Source: Chiloscyllium plagiosum (taxonomy: Eukaryota). Taken from it: a stretch of 64,000 bases of DNA. A program made the translations under genes and the position numbers. The stretch's first letter is position 1. Each line of letters begins with the position of its first letter. Under the pieces are notes generated by a model. It searched no databases, was not told where the DNA came from, and saw only the letters and a list, made by a program, of their open reading frames with translations. Below, piece after piece: positions 24,656 through 37,419 of this stretch. The stretch is from assembly GCF_004010195.1 (NCBI RefSeq), contig NC_057719.1, positions 78,973,678 to 79,037,677 on the forward strand, in the 5' to 3' direction.

Positions 24656-25460
24656 CAACAACAAAAACAGAAGTTACTGGAAAGGCTCAGCAGGTCTGGC
24701 AGCATCTGTGAAGAGAAATCAGAGTTAACGTTTTGGGTTCAGTGACCCTTTCTCAGAAGCTAGGAAAAGGATGGTTTTTATGCAGAAGAGAGGGTGTGAG
24801 GAGGGGATAAGGAGTAAACATTAGGTGGGGATAGAGCCCACAGACAGAGAAGAACAGTTGGACAGACAAAGGAGTGTATAACGATCTGCCTGGGAGATTG
24901 ACTATCTAGTAGTAGACAAATAGTGCCTAACGACAGGTAGTACAGAGCCTGGTGTGAGGGTTGGAGGGTAAGCACATGTGAAGGTGCCACAACCCCTAAA
25001 ATTGTTCAACTCGATATTGAGTCCAGAAGGCCGGAGAGTTTCCAAGCTGAGAATGAGGTGCTGTTCTTCCAGCTTGAGCTGAGCTTCACTGGAGCACTGA
25101 AGCAAGCCTGAGTCAGAGATGTTGGCCAGGGAACAGGGCGGTGTGTTGAAATGGCAGGCAACTGGAAGCTCAAGGTCTTTTTTTTTCACGGACAGAACAT
25201 TGGTGTTCCACGAAACGGTCACCAGTCTACATGCTTTGTTTGCCCAGTGTAGGGGAGACCACACTGTGAGCAGTGAATGCAGTAAACTAAACTGAGAAGT
25301 GCAGATAAAGTGCTGCTTTCACCTGGAAGGTGTGGTCTGGGCCCCTGGATACTGAGGAGGGAGGAAGCAAAGGGGCAGGTGGAACATCTTCTACTCTTGC
25401 AGGGGAAGGGGCTGTGGTGGGGGAAGGGTATGGTGTTGAGAATGAAGGAGGAGGGGACCA
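24656..25460 (-). mobile_element. Penelope-like retroelement 3' part (GIY-YIG endonuclease remnant plus terminal region)
   Basis: Minus frames FPCKSRRCSTCPF, TFQVK, LVYCIHCSQCGLPYTGQTK and LPVACHFN...KLEEQHLI...RPSGLNIE; decayed hammerhead-like motif at 24722-24757. Confidence 0.88.
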
Positions 25461-25731
25461 AGGCTGCTTTGATGTGCACAGCACAGGCAGATCTCCAACT
25501 TAACCTTCTCGGATGGTGGAGTTTAATCCTAGCGTGCAAGTGAGGTCGGTGACACTGTCGCTGCCCCTGACCTGGATGTGTTAGATACAGGGGAGTGGGA
25601 CAGGGAACATCACAGACACTGCATCCTTCCAAGTGCTGGATGTAGTTAACCGAACGCTGCTGCATGTATCTGTCCCTGGGGGCACTTTGCTGTATCCAGT
25701 GTGCGGCAAGGACTGGCTGATTCAAGCGTGT

Positions 25732-25798
25732 TTCTCTCTCTCTCTCTCTCTCTGTGTCCCCTTGACTCCTTATTTTTTTCTCTCTCTCTCTCTCTCTC
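25732..25798. repeat. (CT)n microsatellites about 90-150 bp upstream of the CLEC18A start codon
   Basis: Two TC runs visible directly. Confidence 0.9.
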
Positions 25799-25883
25799 AG
25801 TCTCCAATCCCTGCTACACCGCCTCACTAGAAGGAGCCAGTGTGTGGGTGTGACTGCAGCAAGTGCATCGACTACCGAGCCAG

Positions 25884-26004
25884 ATGGAAGGGGCGGCTGG
25901 GCTCCCGGTGTTGCTGCTGCTGCTGGCCAGGCTCCTGGTGCCTACTGCGGGCGAGGCTCCCGCAGCGCCGCCGGGGACAGGGATCCTCAACTGGGATCGG
26001 AAAG
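25884..26004 (+). CDS. CLEC18A: CLEC18A exon 1 (signal peptide)
   Basis: MEGAAGLPVLLLLLARLLVPTAGEAPAAPPGTGILNWDRK+G; donor AAG|GTAGGG; GC-rich; phase 1 fits exon 2. Confidence 0.8.
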
Positions 26005-26427
26005 GTAGGGGAACCGAGTCTCTCTCGTGCTTTGAATGAGCGATTTGCATTTGATTCTAAACAAAAAAAAAAGTTGCCCCAGTTATTCAGAATTAAAAGT
26101 GGGACTAGTTTTGTTTTTATTTTGATGCAAGGTTTGGAGGAGTGAGTCTATCTGTAATCCTTATGAGCAGAACCGTTTCAAGCTCTATGGCAACTTTTGC
26201 AACTAATTTTGGAATCAGATCTTGCAAAGAGGTCAGATTGCACCTCGAAGTTATACCAAACATTGTTTTCTTATTTCAACACCCGTTTGAAACGATTAGT
26301 GAATTATTCCTGTTCATGCCCAGGGTCAGAATTGGACCTTTGAGACACATTTGGTTGTTGCCATGGAGATCTGGAAGTTAAGCCCTGGCATTTGCATTTT
26401 TACATTTTCATCACCTGCTCCTTGCAG

Positions 26428-26519
26428 AGTTGGCGCCCAAAGAATGCTTCACCATCCTGGCCCACCATAACCGCCTCAGGAGCAAAGTGCAGCCTCCTGC
26501 GGCTAACATGCAGAAGCTG
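26428..26519 (+). CDS. CLEC18A: CLEC18A exon 2 (CAP domain start)
   Basis: cttgcag|...(E)LAPKECFTILAHHNRLRSKVQPPAANMQKL|gtgagt; matches the CAP motif HNRLRS.VQPPAA.M. Confidence 0.95.
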
Positions 26520-26589
26520 GTGAGTTACCTTCTCGTTTTCTGAACTATAAGGGCACTCTGCATCTTCAGCCCTCAACGCAATTTGTTGG

Positions 26590-29510
26590 CGTTGCTCTCA
26601 CTGAGACGCAATAGAAAGGGGGGGGGAGGCAGGATCGACAGCTCAATATTTCAGGATACATGGTCTTCAGGTGAGGCAGGGAAGGAATTGAAAGCGGAGG
26701 AAGAGGGGCTGTCACAATATTGATCGGAGCATCAGTTACCCAAGTAAGGAAGGGTGACACCTTAGCATGCTCCTCAGATGAAGCCATATGGGCAGAACTT
26801 GTAAAACCAAAATGGAGCAATCCCATTGCTGGGAGTGTACTGTAGCCCTCCTGACAGTCCAAGAGAAATAGAGGAGCAGTTATATAGACAGGGTTCAGAA
26901 AGTGGTAAAAATGATAGAGTAGTGACAGTAGGAGATTTCAACTTCCCCAACATTAACTGCGCTAGACATAGTGTGAAAGGTTTAGTGGAATTCTTAAAAT
27001 GAATCCGGGACAGCTTTTGTTTTAAGCCAGCACGTATAAAGCTGTAGAAAAGAGCGGATAGCCCTGAGCCTAATTTTAGGTGATGAAGTTGAGCAAGTGG
27101 TTAAAGTATCATTGGGGGAGTATTTTGCAGACAGCGATCAATATTCTGTTAGATTCAAGATTTTAATGGAAGAGAACAAGGGTGGGCCTGAAATCAAATT
27201 TCTAGACTGGTGGAAGGCTGGTTTTAATAAAATCAGGCAAGATTTGACCAGAGTGGACAGAGTGCAGATAATGTTAGATAAATCGGTGTCAGAGCAGTGG
27301 AACTCATACAAGAAGGAAATAAGGAGAGCACAGGGCCAACATGTTCCCATAAAGGTAAAGGGTAGGAACAACAATCCAGGGACTGCTGGATATCCAGGGA
27401 TATGCAGGATTGGATAAAGACAAAAGGGGAGGCGTATAGTAGATACCACGGGACCAAAACAGGAGAAGCTCTGGAAGAAGGCAAGAAGTATAATGTGTAA
27501 GGGAAGTAAACAAGGAAATTAGGAGAGCACAAGGGGAGCATGGAAGTATGATGGCCGGCAAAATAAAGAAAGAACCTAAGTTATTTTACGGATATTTTAA
27601 GCATAAAAGAATAACTAGGGAAACCATAAGGCCCATCAATGACCACAGTGCTGAGGACATAGATAATGTTCTAAATGAATACATTGTGACAGTGTTCGTT
27701 AGTGAGTGGGATGATATGGATATATAAATCAAGGGGAAGAACTATGATATACTTTTATTAATTAGCTTAGAAAGAATGGAGGTTTTGAGTGGTCTGGGAT
27801 GTTTAAAAGTAGATAAATCTCCAGGATCAGATGAAATGTATCCCAGGCTATTAGATTAGATTAGATTAGATTCCCTACAGTATGGAAACATTTGGCCCAA
27901 CAAGTCCTCTGAAGAGTAACCCACCCAGACCCATTCCCCTATCCTATATTTACCCCTGACTAATGCACCTAACACCATGGGCAATTTAGCATGGCCAATT
28001 CACCTGACCTGCACATCTTTGGGAAGAAACCAGAGCACCCGGAGGAAACCCATGCAGACACGGGGAGAATGTTCAAACTCCACACAGAGGCACAGGAGGA
28101 AATAGACACACTGGAAAAAATGTTCAATTTCTCACTGGCCGTAGGAGAAATGCCAGATAACTGGAGGACAGGCACCATTATTCAAGAAGACGGGAAGTGA
28201 TTAAGTAGGAAATTGCAGATCAGTCAGTAAAAGTTCAGTGTAGGGAAATGATTGGAAACAATACAAATGACAGAAATAATCTGCATTTGGAGAGGCAGAG
28301 ATTAATCAAGAGCGGTCAGCATGGTTTTGTTAAGGTGATGTCATGTTTAAACAACTTGTTTAAAATTTTCAAAGATGTGACCAGGTATGGAGATGAGGTG
28401 TGCATTGTCTACTTGGACTTCAGCAAGACTTTTGATAAGGTCCCACCTGGGAAACTGACGACGTCAGTCCAAGAGTCCATGGATCCAAGGAAATTTGGCA
28501 AATTGGATCCAGAATTGGTGCTGAATGGCAGGAAGCAGAGGATGTTTAAGGGGTGTTTTCATGACTGGAAGCCTGTGTCCAATCCAGTTCTGTCGGGACG
28601 AGTATTGGGTACACGGATGAATGTGGTACACAGATGAATGATTAAGACTTGAACTAAGAAGGTTGACCAGTAAGTTCATGGATGGGTCTGAAAATCAGTG
28701 GGGTGGTAAATAGTGAGGAGGATAGCCTGAGATTATGAGAGGACATAGACTGATGGTCAGGTGGGCTGATCAGTGGCAAATAGAATTCATTCCAAATAAC
28801 TGAGACGATGCACTTGGGCAGATCAAACAAGAAAAGGGAATATTTGATAAACAGTAGGACCCTGGAAGGCACCAAGGATTAGAGAGACATTGACGTGAAT
28901 GTCCACCAGTCCCTTAAAGTAGTGATTACTTGCCTTTGTCAGCCGAGACATTTGAGATTAAGTGCAGGGAGGTTATGCCGGGCCTTGTATAAAATACTGG
29001 TTAGGCCACAGCTGGAGTATTGTGTGCCGTTCTGGAATCCACATTATAGGAGGGATGTACTAGCACTGGAGAGGGTGCAGAGATTTACCAGGATGTCGCC
29101 TGGGCTGAAGAGCTTTAGTTATGAAGAAGAAGTGGACAGACTGGGTTTTTGTTTTTCTTGGAGCAGAGGAGAGGCATAATTATGATGTACAAAAATTATG
29201 AGGGGCATAGACAGAATAGACAGAAAGGAATCTTTTCCTTTACTGGAGGCATAGATTTAAGATAAGAGGCAGGAGGGTTAGAGAGGATGTGAGGAATTCT
29301 TTTTCACTCAGAGTGTGGTGGGAGTTGGAGCTCACTGACTGTAAGGGTAGTTCAGGCACAAACCTTCAAAATATTTCAGAAGTATTTAAATGTGCACTTG
29401 CAAGGCCAAGGTATAAAGACCTTGGAAAGTAGGATTACAATAGTTAGGTAGTTGTTTTTGACCAATACATTGATGGGCCGAAGGGCCTCCTTCTGTGCTG
29501 AACACCTCTG
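26590..29510 (+). mobile_element. Long degenerate CR1 LINE (APE endonuclease plus RT remnants) in intron 2, interrupted by a SINE
   Basis: GDFNFPNI (about 26930), QHGFVK..SCL.NL, VYLDFSKTFDKVP, LVRPQLEYCVPFWNP. Confidence 0.88.
27849..28086 (-). mobile_element. HE1-like SINE inserted in CR1
   Basis: (ATTAG)n tail and reverse-complement V-domain core. Confidence 0.85.
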
Positions 29511-29559
29511 TGAGAAGTTATCAGCTGGGTGATAAAGGCATTGTCACATTGTCATTAAC

Positions 29560-30060
29560 AGACAGACAGTGGGAAATAGGGCAATCAGTGGGATACATTG
29601 AGCGTAATAGAGGGCATCGGTGAGAACAGAGTGGAGCAATAAACAGCAGTCAGTGAGGTATACAGAGGGTATTAGATTTCAGTCAATGAGAGCAGAGGGT
29701 ATTAAGGGTCTATCAATGACATACACAGAGGGTAATAGGGCAGTCAGTGAGGTACACAAAGAGCAGTCAGTGAGGTATACAGAGGGTATTAGATTTCAGT
29801 CAATGAGAGCAGAGGGTATTAAGGGTCTATCAATGACATACACAGAGGGTAATAGGGCAGTCAGTGAGGTTCACAAAGGGCAGTCAGTGAGGTATACAGA
29901 GGGTAATAGAGGGGAGTCAGTGAGGTACACAGAGGGTAATAAAGGGCTGTCTGTGAGATACAGGATGTAATGGGAAGTAGTCAGTGGGGTACATGAGGTA
30001 ATAGAGGGCAATTAAGGAGGTACGGGTGAGGTAATAGAGGGCAGTCAATGATACATAGAG
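29560..30060. repeat. Minisatellite (about 30-bp unit AGAGGGTAATAGGGCAGTCAGTGAGGTACAC) with a near-exact 117-bp higher-order duplication
   Basis: Blocks starting at 29645 and 29762 are nearly identical; more diverged units continue to about 30790. Confidence 0.85.
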
Positions 30061-32119
30061 AGGAGCGAGTGTGATTGGACAGTTTTTAGTTTGATTAAAT
30101 TGAGGGAACCTGATGGATTAATGGAGATGTTGGCTCAAACACTTCCTGTTATCTCAGCAAAACCTTATAATTAATTGGCAGTCAGTTACACAGGGAAAAG
30201 TAGAGAAGATGCAATTAAATATGATGGGTACAGGCTGAGAATATACAGTGTAGGATAGCAAATCAGTAAAATATGGAGCATCCATTGATCTACTAGTAAA
30301 GGGCAGTGAGATGCACAGGATGTAAGGGATATAATGTACAGTGAGATATGCATTGTATCATGGACATGTAATGAGACATACTGGATTAAGTTTAAACAGT
30401 GGCATTTGTGGTGTATCAGGGACAATGCAGTGAGATGTAAATATATCAGGTACAGGCAAGCAGATGTGAAGGGTATCAGGTAGAGAGAATAATGTTCAGG
30501 GTAGCAGTGACATGCCGACAATGTAAAAGGGACAGATAGGAAAATATACAAGGAAACAGGAATAGACCTCTGGGATATCCAAGACATTAGGAACAAGCAG
30601 TGAGGTATGGAGATATACTTCGGTGGTCAGTAAGTGACCTAGCCAATAGCACACAGACACATCTTGACATTGAATATATAAAAAGTACAGTGCAACAGTG
30701 ATAGGCAGTGAGATGTACAGTACAGGGTTTCAGAAATAGTCTTTGAGATATAAAGTATAAGAAAAACTGGCAGTGAATTTTATTGAGGGTAACAGAGTCA
30801 TAACTGAATTGGAGGCACATTGATTCTCAAACCTTCTTGAAAGGTTACTGGAACTGAATTTAAACAGACAGGATATGGACAATAAGGGGCCAAGTCCTAC
30901 CTGCACCTTCCTGGGGTTTTGGATTGAGATTGTGACAAGAAACATTTCATTGTGCATTCAGTGTGAAATAATGTGAACTCAATTCGTTTCATATATCAGT
31001 TGTTCCTAGTCTGGCCGGAAGAGGGCTTTGTGGAGTTTAGCTCCCCTGGGAGAAGAGGCCATTTCGAGTCAATGCCCAGAAAGAATAGGTCTCCCTCTAA
31101 GTTATCTCTCAATGATCTTAATTTGATTGTAAATTTTGATTCTATGTAACGTTATCAGACCATTCTGTGTGCTATCTGTTTTGTTTGCACTAGCTGCATG
31201 AAGCTATGGTCATCAGACAAATCAGACATCACACAAGGCAATAAATATGGACCAAGTGGGTTGTCGAGGTAATGGTGAGGGGAAATGGGTGTTGCACTTC
31301 AGATGGGAGAACATGTTGCCACTCAACATTTAACTTCCAGAGAACGGCATCCACTTTCCAGTTCCTCAGTCAAATGCACTGAGCACGTGCAATATAGCTG
31401 CAGGCAAAAAACACGGGATAGTTTGGAGAGGGGTGGTGGTTGGGGGAGGGGAAGGGGAGAGGTGGTAGAAGGGGAGGTTAGTCAGCTGTGTGCCAATAAA
31501 TAATGACAAATTTATTTAGCGTGTTGGCCTTGGCATAAACTGTTTGGGGAAAAAATCTCCATGGTAACCAGTGTTCTAAATTATGCGCATAACAAATGAA
31601 CAAAGTCCTAACCGTATCCTGAGCCATGTAACAGGGAATTTCTGTCAAAGGAGAGAGTTGGAGAATTAATTGGGTCTAATGTTCAGCAATATGATCCCCA
31701 AGAGGGCCTGCCAATAAATTGCCTTCAAATAATTGAAGACGTTTACTTCATGTCCTTTGTTGCTTGCAGTTCCGGCAACTGAGGAACAAGAAAGCCAAAC
31801 AAAAAAATCTTCTTCCTGAAAATGATCAGAATAAGCATCCCTGCAGTATGAGCTGGCCATGAATGATGCTACAGAGGCAGGAGCAATAGAGGGAAAAGAC
31901 AGCCAGGCTACTAATACCCAATCGAAGTGCATTAATCTCCCAGTTGTGGGCACTCCCTGTCGACATAAGGAGATCTTGCCCTAGTTCTCACAAAGATATA
32001 TTTTCAATGACAGGCTCAGTGAAATTTAAGCAACACTAAACCGCAGATGTGAATTGCAGTTTGGCACCCAGATATCTCCCTAAAACTAGTTGAAAGTTTA
32101 GTGAGTTGTAAGTATATAT

Positions 32120-33256
32120 CGCAATTAGCAGAACATTTCAGAGAACTTCTCTGGGATACACACACCAAGCAACCCCACCATCCTGTGGCTAGCCACTTCA
32201 ACTCCCCCTCCCTCTCCAGCAAGGACATGCAAATTCTGGGTCTCCTCCACCCCCAAATCTTAGCCACCAGACGCCTGGAGGAAGAACGTCTCATCTTCCG
32301 CCCTGGGACTGTCCAACCATACAGCATCAATGTCGATTTCACCAGTTTCCTCATCACCCCTCCCCCCCACCTCATCCCAGATCTAACCCTCCAACTTGAT
32401 ACCACCCTCTTGAACTGTCCTACCTATCCACCTTCCTTCCCACCTATCTGCTCCATCCTCCCCTCCAACCTATCACCATCACCCCNNNNNNNNNNNNNNN
32501 NNNNNNNNNNNNNNNNNNNNNNNNNNNNNNNNNNNNNNNNNNNNNNNNNNNNNNNNNNNNNNNNNNNNNNNNNNNNNNNNNNNNNNNNNNNNNNNNNNNN
32601 NNNNNNNNNNNNNNNNNNNNNNNNNNNNNNNNNNNNNNNNNNNNNNNNNNNNNNNNNNNNNNNNNNNNNNNNNNNNNNNNNNNNNNNNNNNNNNNNNNNN
32701 NNNNNNNNNNNNNNNNNNNNNNNNNNNNNNNNNNNNNNNNNNNNNNNNNNNNNNNNNNNNNNNNNNNNNNNNNNNNNNNNNNNNNNNNNNNNNNNNNNNN
32801 NNNNNNNNNNNNNNNNNNNNNNNNNNNNNNNNNNNNNNNNNNNNNNNNNNNNNNNNNNNNNNNNNNNNNNNNNNNNNNNNNNNNNNNNNNNNNNNNNNNN
32901 NNNNNNNNNNNNNNNNNNNNNNNNNNNNNNNNNNNNNNNNNNNNNNNNNNNNNNNNNNNNNNNNNNNNNNNNNNNNNNNNNNNNNNNNNNNNNNNNNNNN
33001 NNNNNNNNNNNNNNNNNNNNNNNNNNNNNNNNNNNNNNNNNNNNNNNNNNNNNNNNNNNNNNNNNNNNNNNNNNNNNNNNNNNNNNNNNNNNNNNNNNNN
33101 NNNNNNNNNNNCCCACCCACCCACATCCCTGATGAAGGGCTTGTGCCCGAAACACTGATTCTCCTGGTCCTCAGATGCTGCCTGATCTGCATTGCTTTTC
33201 CAGTGCCACAATTTTCGACTCTGATCGCCAGCATCTTCAGTCTTAACTTTCTCCTA
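32120..33256 (+). mobile_element. Penelope-like retroelement 3' part (GIY-YIG C-terminus, N-gap, hammerhead-bearing terminus)
   Basis: LAEHFRE...HPVASHFNSPS...MQILGL...RRLEEERLIFRPGTVQPYSINVDF; CTGATGAAGGGCTTGTGCCCGAAAC at 33129-33153. Confidence 0.88.
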
Positions 33257-33919
33257 TACAGCAATTAGCCTTGTACTGGAATAACTGAACTTCAGACCAC
33301 CCACAACAGCAACCACTGCATTTAAGCAATCAGTAAAATGGCCCATCGACCTTCACGGCAGCATTATTAGAAATAAAATAACACAGAGCCATTTAAGGGC
33401 TTGTTAGGAGAGGTGACCAATACAGTGGTATGAGAAGAAGGCAATGTCTTAAGAAAGGAAAACAAGATAGAGAGAGGTGGTGTGTTTTGGGAAGAAATTA
33501 GAGATTGTAGAGCCAAGATAGATGAAGGCTTGTCTGCCAATCATAAAGAAATTAAAATCAAGGAAGCTGGGATTTGATGATATACAGCAAAGGGTAGGGG
33601 CTGCTGGTCACAGGACCTGGCTACCTACATTTCGCCTGCCCATTGCCCATAAATAGTGCTCTGAAGGCATTTACCTCATTGATCACAAACCTTCTGCCTG
33701 AACTCCAGAAAACATGAGTTCCATGGGTTAGGATTAATAATGCTATTGAAACAGAAACATGTCTCATCCTTAAAGATTTTAGGAATTGACTCATTTTACA
33801 TGTCTCTTTCTCTTCACTCCCCACCATTTATATGACTGTGTTCAAAAATAATTTTAAAATTAGCTCTTTCAACCCAATGAACATACTACTTGTCTTTAGG
33901 TCTTTTTGCCTGTTCTGGG

Positions 33920-34435
33920 ATACTGTGTCCAGTTCTGGTCGCCCAGTTATTATTAAGTTGGAGAGGATTCAGAAGAGATTTACCAGGATGTTGCTGGGTA
34001 TGCAAGTTTGAATTATTAAGACAGGCTGGATAGGTTGGAACTTTTTTTCACTAGAGCCGTAGGATGCTGAGAGGCAATCTGATAGAAATTTATAAAATAA
34101 TGAGAGGTATAGATAGAGTTGATGGTAGTTGTCTTTTCCCTAGGATGAGGATTTCAAGACAAGGGGCACATTTTTAAGGTGAGAAGAGAGAAATTTCAAA
34201 AAGACATAAGAGACAAGCTTCTTATACAGGGTTGGATGTGGAATAAACTTTCTGAGAAAGTGATGGATGTGGGTACAATTACAATGTTTAAAAAACATTT
34301 GGATAGATACAGGAATAGAAAACATTTGGAAGACTATGAGCCAGAGGAGGCCGGTGGGACTAGTTTAGTTTGGGATTATGGTCGGCCATAGACTGGTTGG
34401 ACAAAAGGGTCAGTTTCCATGCTCTAGACTTAATG
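33920..34435 (+). mobile_element. CR1 LINE 3' fragment
   Basis: TACTGTGTCCAGTTCTGGTCGCC...CAGAAGAGATTTACCAGGATGTTG...TTTAAGGTGAGA. Confidence 0.85.
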
Positions 34436-34489
34436 ATCCTGTAAATGATCCTGTGTGTGCATCATTTATGCCATTATTTATTTTCCATC

Positions 34490-35130
34490 CCTAACAGCCC
34501 TGGATAAGATGGTAATGAGCTGCCTTCTAGAACTGCTGCAGTCAATGTGATGCAGATATACTCACAGTGCAGTTAGGGAAGAAGTTCCAAGATTTTAACT
34601 GAAGCATTAAAGGAAGAGTGATACCATTTCAACTCATTTAGTGCACAGCTTCGAGGGGAACTTGAAGGAGGTGATGTTCCCATGTATCTGCCACCCTTGT
34701 CTTTCTATGAGGTAAAAACCATGGATTCGGAAGGTACTTTTGAAGGAACTTTAGTGAGATGCTCCAGTGCCTTTTGTAGAGAGTACAGACGGCTACTGCA
34801 CAACGGTGGTGTATGGAGTGAATCTTTAATTGGCAGATTGGGTGCCAATTGATTTGCTTTGGCATTGCTTTGGCAACTGTACTCATCCAGACAAGTGGGA
34901 AGTATGCCTTCACATTCTTGATGTGTGCCTTGTAGATGTTGCTCAGGTTTTGGGAAGTCAGCAAGTGAGTTTATCTGCCACAGATATCTTAGCTTTCGAC
35001 TTGATCTTGCAGCCTTTGGATTGATACTGGGGGACGGTGGGGGAATCAACAAATATGGTACTGCTGAATGTCAAGGGAAGCTTTTGGTTCTCTCTCTTTG
35101 AGGATGGCCATTATTTGGCCATGATGGATC
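34490..35130 (-). mobile_element. CR1/L2-type LINE 3' fragment
   Basis: Minus ORF LTSQNLSNIYKAHIKNVKAYFPLVWM..., homologous to 39019-39216. Confidence 0.75.
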
Positions 35131-35309
35131 AAGAAAGTGTCTCTCACCACCTTTTCAAGGTCAGGTAGCTGAGTGGCAAAAAATGCTGGTCTGCCCAGCT
35201 CTGCCGACATCCCATGAAGAAAACAGACCTGGACATGAGCAGTAACAACCAAGCGATTGATGATAGCATTAGTGAAAGTGGCTCCATCTTTTAGACTCTG
35301 CTTGGATTA

Positions 35310-35830
35310 GTCAAGATGTGGAGGTGCTGGTGTTGGACTGGGGTGGACAAAGTTAAAAATCACACGACACCAGGTTATAGTCCAACAGGTTTATTTGGAA
35401 GCACAAGCTTTCAGAGCGCTGCTGTTTTGTCAGGTAGCTAGTGGGACAGGCTACATAGGGCACTGAAGTTATAAGTAAAAATCAAAGTGTCATACAACTG
35501 ATGCGATGTATTCGACAAACCTGCTGTTAAGTCTTTAATCATTTAGAATGGGGATGCAGATTTTGATTGATTAATATGTACACCCTGGAATTACTGCCCG
35601 AGATAACTTAAAGTTTTATCAGTATATTAAGAAAGTGACATCTTGGCTCAGACAATGCAGTGAAGGGTAGAGTCTGGCTGTAACCCAACCTGGAGTCAGA
35701 CTGGTTTTATTTCCAACATAGGAATTTATAAAATGTCACATTGACTGACTGCCTACAGATTGTGAGCTTTTTGAACAAAATAGAATTTATCTGCAAATAC
35801 AAATTCACCCCATAGATTTATATGTGTATA
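35310..35830 (-). mobile_element. Second Penelope-like terminal family, with decayed hammerhead-like motif near 35403-35434
   Basis: GATGTGGAGGTGCTGGTGTTGGACTGGGGTGGACAAAG...CAACAGGTTTATTTGGAAGCAC.AGCTTTC; a related piece lies at 45190-45278. Confidence 0.55.
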
Positions 35831-36499
35831 TGCATGCGTGTGTGTGTGAGAGAGACACTAGTCAATAAACCAAAGCTCCTCTCTGAATACAAACCCTCAA
35901 ATTTTAAACAATTTGACTTTATTCTAAAGAGAACATGTCATAAAGGAAGACAGGAGGTGGTGGGGGGGTGAGTGGCTGCAGTGTTTATATTGACTTCTCC
36001 TCTCACCCTGACAGAAAGTCCCTTCTTGGCAGTTGCCAGTAACAGTTGGGGTTTTTGAGAAAACCGAGCCCAACGTTACTCGTATCTCAGGGGAAAGAAG
36101 GATAAGACTGGGGGGAAGCTCACCTTCATTTCTTCCTGGAAAATGAGAGAAAATAATGCTTTTTGGGACATTGTCAGCACCGACGAACCAAGGGTCACTG
36201 GCTCCACTTCAGGTCTCAGCCATAGTTCTGTGAGTGGCAGCTTCAACTCCTGAAGGTTGTAGGTTGGAGTCCAAAGTGTCTGGACTCTCTAGACTCTAAT
36301 GCACAACCTCCAGGTGACACTCTGCAGCAGTAGGGAGGAGTGCTGCACTGTCAGAGTTGCTGCTTTATGAATGAGACTAATGCACCATCTGTCCTCAAAA
36401 GCAAGTAAGTTCTTCCTAGTGCCTTGACCAAAATCTATCTCTCAATAAACTTCCTTGATACAAATTATCTAATCTTTTACCTCATTGCTACTTGCTAAG

Positions 36500-36680
36500 A
36501 TTAGGTGGATTGGCCATGCTAAATTGTCCCTAGTATTCAGGGCTGTGCACGCTAGGTGGATTAGCCATGGGAACTGCGGGAATAGGGTAGTTGGGTAGGT
36601 CTGGTGGGATGCTGTTTGGAGGGTCAGTGTGGACCCGATGGGCCAAGTGGCCTGCTTCCGCAACGTCGGGATCCCATTAT
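36500..36680 (+). mobile_element. HE1-like SINE 3' half
   Basis: TTAGGTGGATTGGCCATGCTAAATTG...GGGCCAAGTGGCCTGCTTCC. Confidence 0.75.
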
Positions 36681-37419
36681 ACTGACTGAGTGCAAAAACA
36701 AAAGCTGCACAGTTTTAATCTTCGAATTATTTCTCTTACTTCAAATCCTTGAAATCCCCGGATAATGATGGTGGGTGAAAAGCCCGAACCATGACCCATG
36801 GCTTTGTTGTTTGAATTTAGTTTATTCTTCAGTCTGGATTGTACGTGCTGCAGTTAGAAAAATGTGTTTTGCTCAGGGCATTGTTCCATTTCTCTCGTGT
36901 TACTGTTTGTAGTGCCTCGCCCTGTCTGAGTTTACTAGGGCATCTGACCTTGAATCTTGTTTTATATTTACAGGGTTTTATATTTTTGCTGCTAGGTTGT
37001 ACAGTGCCAAGCATGGCTTGTGAATAAGGAGGTGGGGGGGCGGAGGAAGGCTAACCTTATTCGACCGTGATTGGAATGGGGAGTATACGCTTAACATGGA
37101 CTCTTTGGCAAGTCCTAGAGACTTTATTGTTTATTTTGTTCTTACTAAGTGAGCAAAACTGGCAAGATTGGCATTTATTGCCACCAAGGAGTACTGGAGA
37201 AGGAAGTGACCATTCAACTTCTGAGACCAGCTCTCCCATTCACTTTTACCATGCCTAAATTGTATCTTAGTCCCATTTACCTGCCTTGGATCCACCTGAC
37301 TTGATAAACTTACCCACCATAAGTCTATTGAATTTAGTCTGTTGAAAGTTAACCATGTGTAGGATTAGAATGGCTATGGGAGGGAGACAGAAACACTGGG
37401 AAATGGGGTTTGGATGGGG

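Noticed and set aside
25840..26145. 101-aa Cys-rich ORF from the ORF track
   Set aside because: Alternative frame over CLEC18A exon 1; the signal-peptide frame from ATG 25884 splices correctly to exon 2.
29620..29970. Repetitive 116-aa ORF
   Set aside because: Translation of a minisatellite.
32424..33264. Long ORFs of 243-343 aa
   Set aside because: Length comes from N-gap read-through; only the Penelope GIY-YIG part is real.
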